DNA of 64,000 nt, from assembly GCF_009914755.1 (NCBI RefSeq), contig NC_060929.1, one strand, 5' to 3'. Positions 60,120 to 64,000 of this stretch are shown piece after piece; the first letter of the stretch is position 1; every line of letters begins with the position of its first letter. Under the pieces are notes generated by a model that did not search any database, was not told the DNA's origin, and saw nothing but the letters and a program-made list of their open reading frames with translations. This stretch comes from the human T2T-CHM13v2.0 reference genome, Homo sapiens. The translations under genes and the position numbers were made by a program.

Positions 60120-60900
60120 CATTATTTTTTTAAAAATGAAAGTTATACTTGCATATGATTAGAATTTAAACCTTCTAAAAGGTATAAAATCAAGCAAAGC
60201 TCTGTCTGACCTTTCCTCTTGAGCCCTAGTTTCTTTCTCGAAAGATGACAATTCTACCTTTCTAAAAAAAAAATGTGTGTGTGTGTGTAAAACAAATGGG
60301 AATATACTGTGCTGAATCTTGCCTTTTTTTTAAGCTAAACAGTCTATCTTAAAAATATTTCCATGTCAGCAAGATATATCTAAATCATTCTTTTTAAAGG
60401 TTACCCATAATTACATTGTAGAAATGTACAATAATTAATGATTTTACCAGTTTGTCATTGATAGACACTTAGGTTGTTTTATTATTTTCTCTTATTGTTG
60501 CTTTATAAAAAAATGCTGCAGTGAATTTCCTTGTACATTTATCTTGGCATACTTTTGGGTAAATTCCGAGCAAAGAAACTGCTGAGTCAAAAGGAAAGTG
60601 AATTTTAATTTTTGATAGCTATTGCTATATTGTCTTCCAAAGTTTGCCTTGATTAGCATTCCAATGAATAGTGTAGGAGAGTGCTTGTTTTCTCACAACT
60701 CACCTTTTTTTTTTTTGGTGATTCTTTTTTTTGGCCAATCTTATAAAACCTTATTTTAAATTAAATAGAGCCCTATTATGTTTAAATCTTACTTTCAATT
60801 TGATTTATTTTTACTATCTTCTGAGCTGTTATATATGTTCTATTTCTGATGTTTGGTTTGTTTTCTTTCGTCTATTAGATGTGAGGTTAGGAAAACATAA
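60120..60900 (-). mobile_element. L1ME-like 3' fragment
   Basis: acaaatgggaatatactg..ttccatgtcagc..attgatagacacttaggttgttt..aatgctgcagtgaatttccttgtacat..tttgatagctattgc..ttggccaatct. Confidence 0.7.
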
Positions 60901-61479
60901 TTGTTTGAATGTAAAATAATGAAGATATATCTTATTTTAAAAAATCTAACTGTAAGAAGAAAGGTAGGTCCACATCTGTGAAATTCTCAGTTAGCCAAAG
61001 CTGTGATAACTAAGAGCTGCAAGGGAGGAAGGGAGAGGGCAGTGTCAGGGAGTCAGGGAAAATTGTTAAGAGTAAGTTCCTAGGGTGCTGAAGTATTCTG
61101 CAAGGGCTTGGCATATACTGGTCCTAGTCTTCTGATTATAAACTTCTGGCAGCAATTTGCAGGTCTCCTTCCATGATGCTTGTTCTTATAAAACTCAGTC
61201 AAAAATGGTAGATGGAAGCCCAGTTGCTGCACGGCCTGCTTGGGCAGACTTGGCATATTGGCAGGGTAGGACAAACAAAAACTTTGTAAGTTTGTGAAAT
61301 GTTAAAAGAGCTAATACTTACACCTGTCAATGCCGCTAACTCCCTGGGTGATCCTGGGCAAGTCTGTTCACCCCTTTGGGTCTCAGATACTTTATCTGTA
61401 AAATGTAATTAGGGATTGGACGAGGTAAGTTCTCATTATTGAAGTGTGACCCACTAATGGACCACAAGATTTTTCTTTT

Positions 61480-63150
61480 TACTTTTAGTATAGTTCTTAT
61501 ATTTTGTCAAAAGTTAGAGAGTCAAATAATTGTCAATATTTATATCAAAACATCCTATTATACCTAATAATTTTACATTTTTAGATTAAAAAGTTATCTA
61601 TAAGTAATATGCATATAGGGCCTCTGTGATTTTTTTCAGTTTAGCTTTTGATATCTCGCTATAAAAGATAAGAAGTCAGTAGTCTTTCATCAAAAAGCTC
61701 CTCCCTTAATTCACACAAATACACTTTCCATTCTTCTATCTTCCTATGCAGTTACTGCATATTCTGTTGCATGAATAGGATATGTTTATGTTATGTAAAT
61801 GCTATTCTTTGCTGAGCCATCTAGAGTGCCATGATTATTTTTCCTTTCCTCCCTTTTTGTTTTCTGTGAAGTTAATAATTATCTTTTTGTTTTATTTGTT
61901 TAGATTTTTAAAATGTAATTTTCCAAAATTTGTCCCCAATGGCCGTAATCCCCCTCGTGTGTGTCAATCTCCTCTCATTACATTCAGACATGTTAGGTAT
62001 TCTGTCAAGTACATATTCTTGGAGATATCACTCTCAGGAACCCACTTTAATCTGCATTTGTTGCTATATCTGCATTTGTTGCATTTGTTGCTGAGTTTGC
62101 TGTACCACTTTCATTCTGGGGTCTCCCTTTTTCTTCATCCTGAGGAATTTCTTCTCATTTTTCCTGAATTGAATCTTGTTTTCCTCATCCTTGTTTTACT
62201 TCTTTATTGTAGTAAAGCACTTCTTTCAGTAGTTTTCTTAGAAGGAATGCACAGGATAAAAATTTTAAAGTAATTTGCATAGCTGAAGATATCTTCAGTT
62301 TGTCTCTACATTTAACTGTTTTTTTTTTTGATTGGGTATAGAATTCTGGGTTAGAAGTTATTTTTCCTTAGAATTTTGAAGGCATAATTGCATTTTCTTC
62401 AAGCTTCTAGTATTGCCATTAATAAGCCTGAAGCTTATCTGCTTATTGATCATTAGTATGTAATCTATTTATTTTCTTTTGTGGAATCTTCAAAACTTTT
62501 CTTTATTCCAGCATTCCAAAATTTTAATTGATGTGCGTTAGCTTAGCCCTGTTTTTAATCTCTTATTTTGGGCTTTTTAGTGGGTTTTCCATCTGGAAAT
62601 CAGGTTCTTTGGTTATGGAAAATTCTTTTGAATTATTTCTTTGATAATTTTTTTTTCACCATTTTCTCTTCTCTCTCTCATTAGAACCCCCATTATACAG
62701 ATATTGGGTTTTCTGGGTGGATTCTCTATCTTTTTCATATTTTCTTATCTATTGCCCGCTTTTTGTTTTTTGTCTTTTTGCTCTTATGTTTGGGAGATGT
62801 CTTCAACTTCCTCCTTCAACCCTTTGCTTAGCTTTATTTTAATCCTATCAAATCTTTAACTTTGAAGCATTCCTTCATGTTTTCAATTACTCCTTTAATG
62901 GCTTTATATTTTTACTTTATAGATACAATATCTCTTCTCCTGTCTCTGAGAATATTCATGACAGTTTTTGTATTCTGAGGTTTTCATCTTCCTGCACGGT
63001 GTTTGTTTCACCAACTTGCTTTTTTTTCTATTTGTTTGTTTGCTATCTTGTGTGCCATTCATTTTAGGGTCTCTCCTCAGATATCTAGTCATCTTTGGTG
63101 CTCTGCTCATAGTTAAAGATGAGAACAAAAACTAATTGGAAGTTTTACGT
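61480..63150 (-). mobile_element. Old L1M internal/5' region (degenerate)
   Basis: ttgggtatagaattctgggttagaagttatttttccttagaattttgaaggc..ttctagtattgcc..tctggaaat..ggaaaattcttttgaattatttctttgataa; very T-rich + strand. Confidence 0.65.
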
Positions 63151-63399
63151 ACATGTGTGTTTCCATTTTAAGGTTATCAGATTGGACTATTTTATTTTAT
63201 TTATTTATTTTCCTATTTTCTTTTTTTAAATGTTGGCTCCAGTCCAGTAAGTTGACTTCACAACCTACTAATGGGTTATGACCTGAAGTTAGAAAACTAT
63301 GGTATAGAAGATCTAGAGAGAGACCTTCGGTTACAAGTACATATAACGCAAGCTGGATACTTGGATACTGTTGTAGACTCTTCAGCCATCATCTTCCAC

Positions 63400-63890
63400 A
63401 TCCAACAGCTTTCTACATGTGTAGGCTCTGTCTCTTACATGCCTCTTGATTGACTTTCCTTCTCTGCATGTACTGTCTCTCCCTCCTCCCTGCCACATGG
63501 ACCAAGCTGCCTGTCCTGGTTTCCTGCCTGCTGCTTAGCCCTCCTGTCCATCCTCCAAAGTGCAGCCAGTGATCGTTCTAAAAAATGCATTTGATGAAAA
63601 GTCTGTAATAGTCTTTACTTGTCTACATCCTACACACACACACACAAAAACAAAAACAAAAACAAAAAACCAATAAATGCATCTAATTCCTTAGCCTTGT
63701 CTGGCCTTGATTTCTCCTCCAGGGTCATTTCTCACTAATTCTGCATTTGTATCTCATGTTGAATCAATGTTGACTCATGCACAAGTCCTTGAATCTTTCA
63801 TGCTCTTTCATATCTTGGGCCTTTGCTTTTGAAGATTTTTCTGCCTAGAATTCCCATTTGACCGAATACTGGGCTCATTCCAGGATCAGC
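63400..63890 (+). mobile_element. L2 fragment containing a (CA)n/(CAAAAA)n microsatellite at ~63632-63670
   Basis: catcctccaaagtgcagccagtgatcgttctaaaa..gggcctttgc..ctgcctagaattccc; acacacacacacacaaaaacaaaaacaaaaacaaaaaa. Confidence 0.55.
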
Positions 63891-63897
63891 TCAATCC

Positions 63898-64000
63898 TTT
63901 ATTTTTCTTTTCTTTTTTAAAATTATACTTTAAGTTCTGGGATACATGTGTAGAATGTATAAGTTTGTTACATAGGTATACACATGCCATGGTGGTTTAC
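63898..64000 (-). mobile_element. L1PA (PA7/PA8-like) 3' end, continues beyond the window
   Basis: T-rich tail then aattatactttaagttctgggatacatgtg..gttacataggtatacacatgccatggtggttt, nearly identical to the 3' end of the L1 at 43280. Confidence 0.9.

Noticed and set aside
61782-62273. 163-aa Leu/Phe-rich ORF resembling a membrane protein
   Set aside because: Translation of T-rich antisense old L1 sequence, including a short tandem repeat (ctgcatttgttg).
63190-63305. Possible hAT-Charlie MITE fragment (with a similar piece at ~61430-61470)
   Set aside because: Too short and degenerate for me to name the family or to show that the two pieces belong to one element.

Overview
Primate (human-like) non-coding genomic DNA, intronic or intergenic, densely filled with interspersed repeats. 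It holds a Tigger1 remnant with its terminal inverted repeat (1-1323), seven Alus (J, S and Y types), and a full-length, TSD-flanked but inactivated L1PA7-like LINE-1 (43277-49741, minus). It also holds several 5'-truncated L1s, a complete LTR-int-LTR MaLR (MST-type) provirus (19836-22743), solo ERV1/ERVL/MaLR LTRs, hAT-Charlie MITEs (MER102 x3, MER113 x2, MER1B, MER58, MER5) and many MIR/L2 fossils. I recognise no protein-coding gene, RNA gene, CRISPR array or prokaryote-type system. The ORF track is explained by Tigger1, L1 and Alu remnants and by chance ORFs. I could not support a new biological system here. The best leads are structural and regulatory: a trimeric Alu inside one TSD pair; a twin-primed (5'-inverted) L1 with an ERV1 LTR inserted at the inversion junction; a ~150 bp non-TE, A-tailed, TSD-flanked insertion in only one of the two MST LTRs; a strong CTCF core+upstream motif next to a homeobox-site cluster; a CRE/GC-box promoter-like patch; and a few weak candidate + strand exons. 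Repeat subfamily names come from memory of consensus sequences, and boundaries of old repeats are approximate; all need RepeatMasker/Dfam confirmation.
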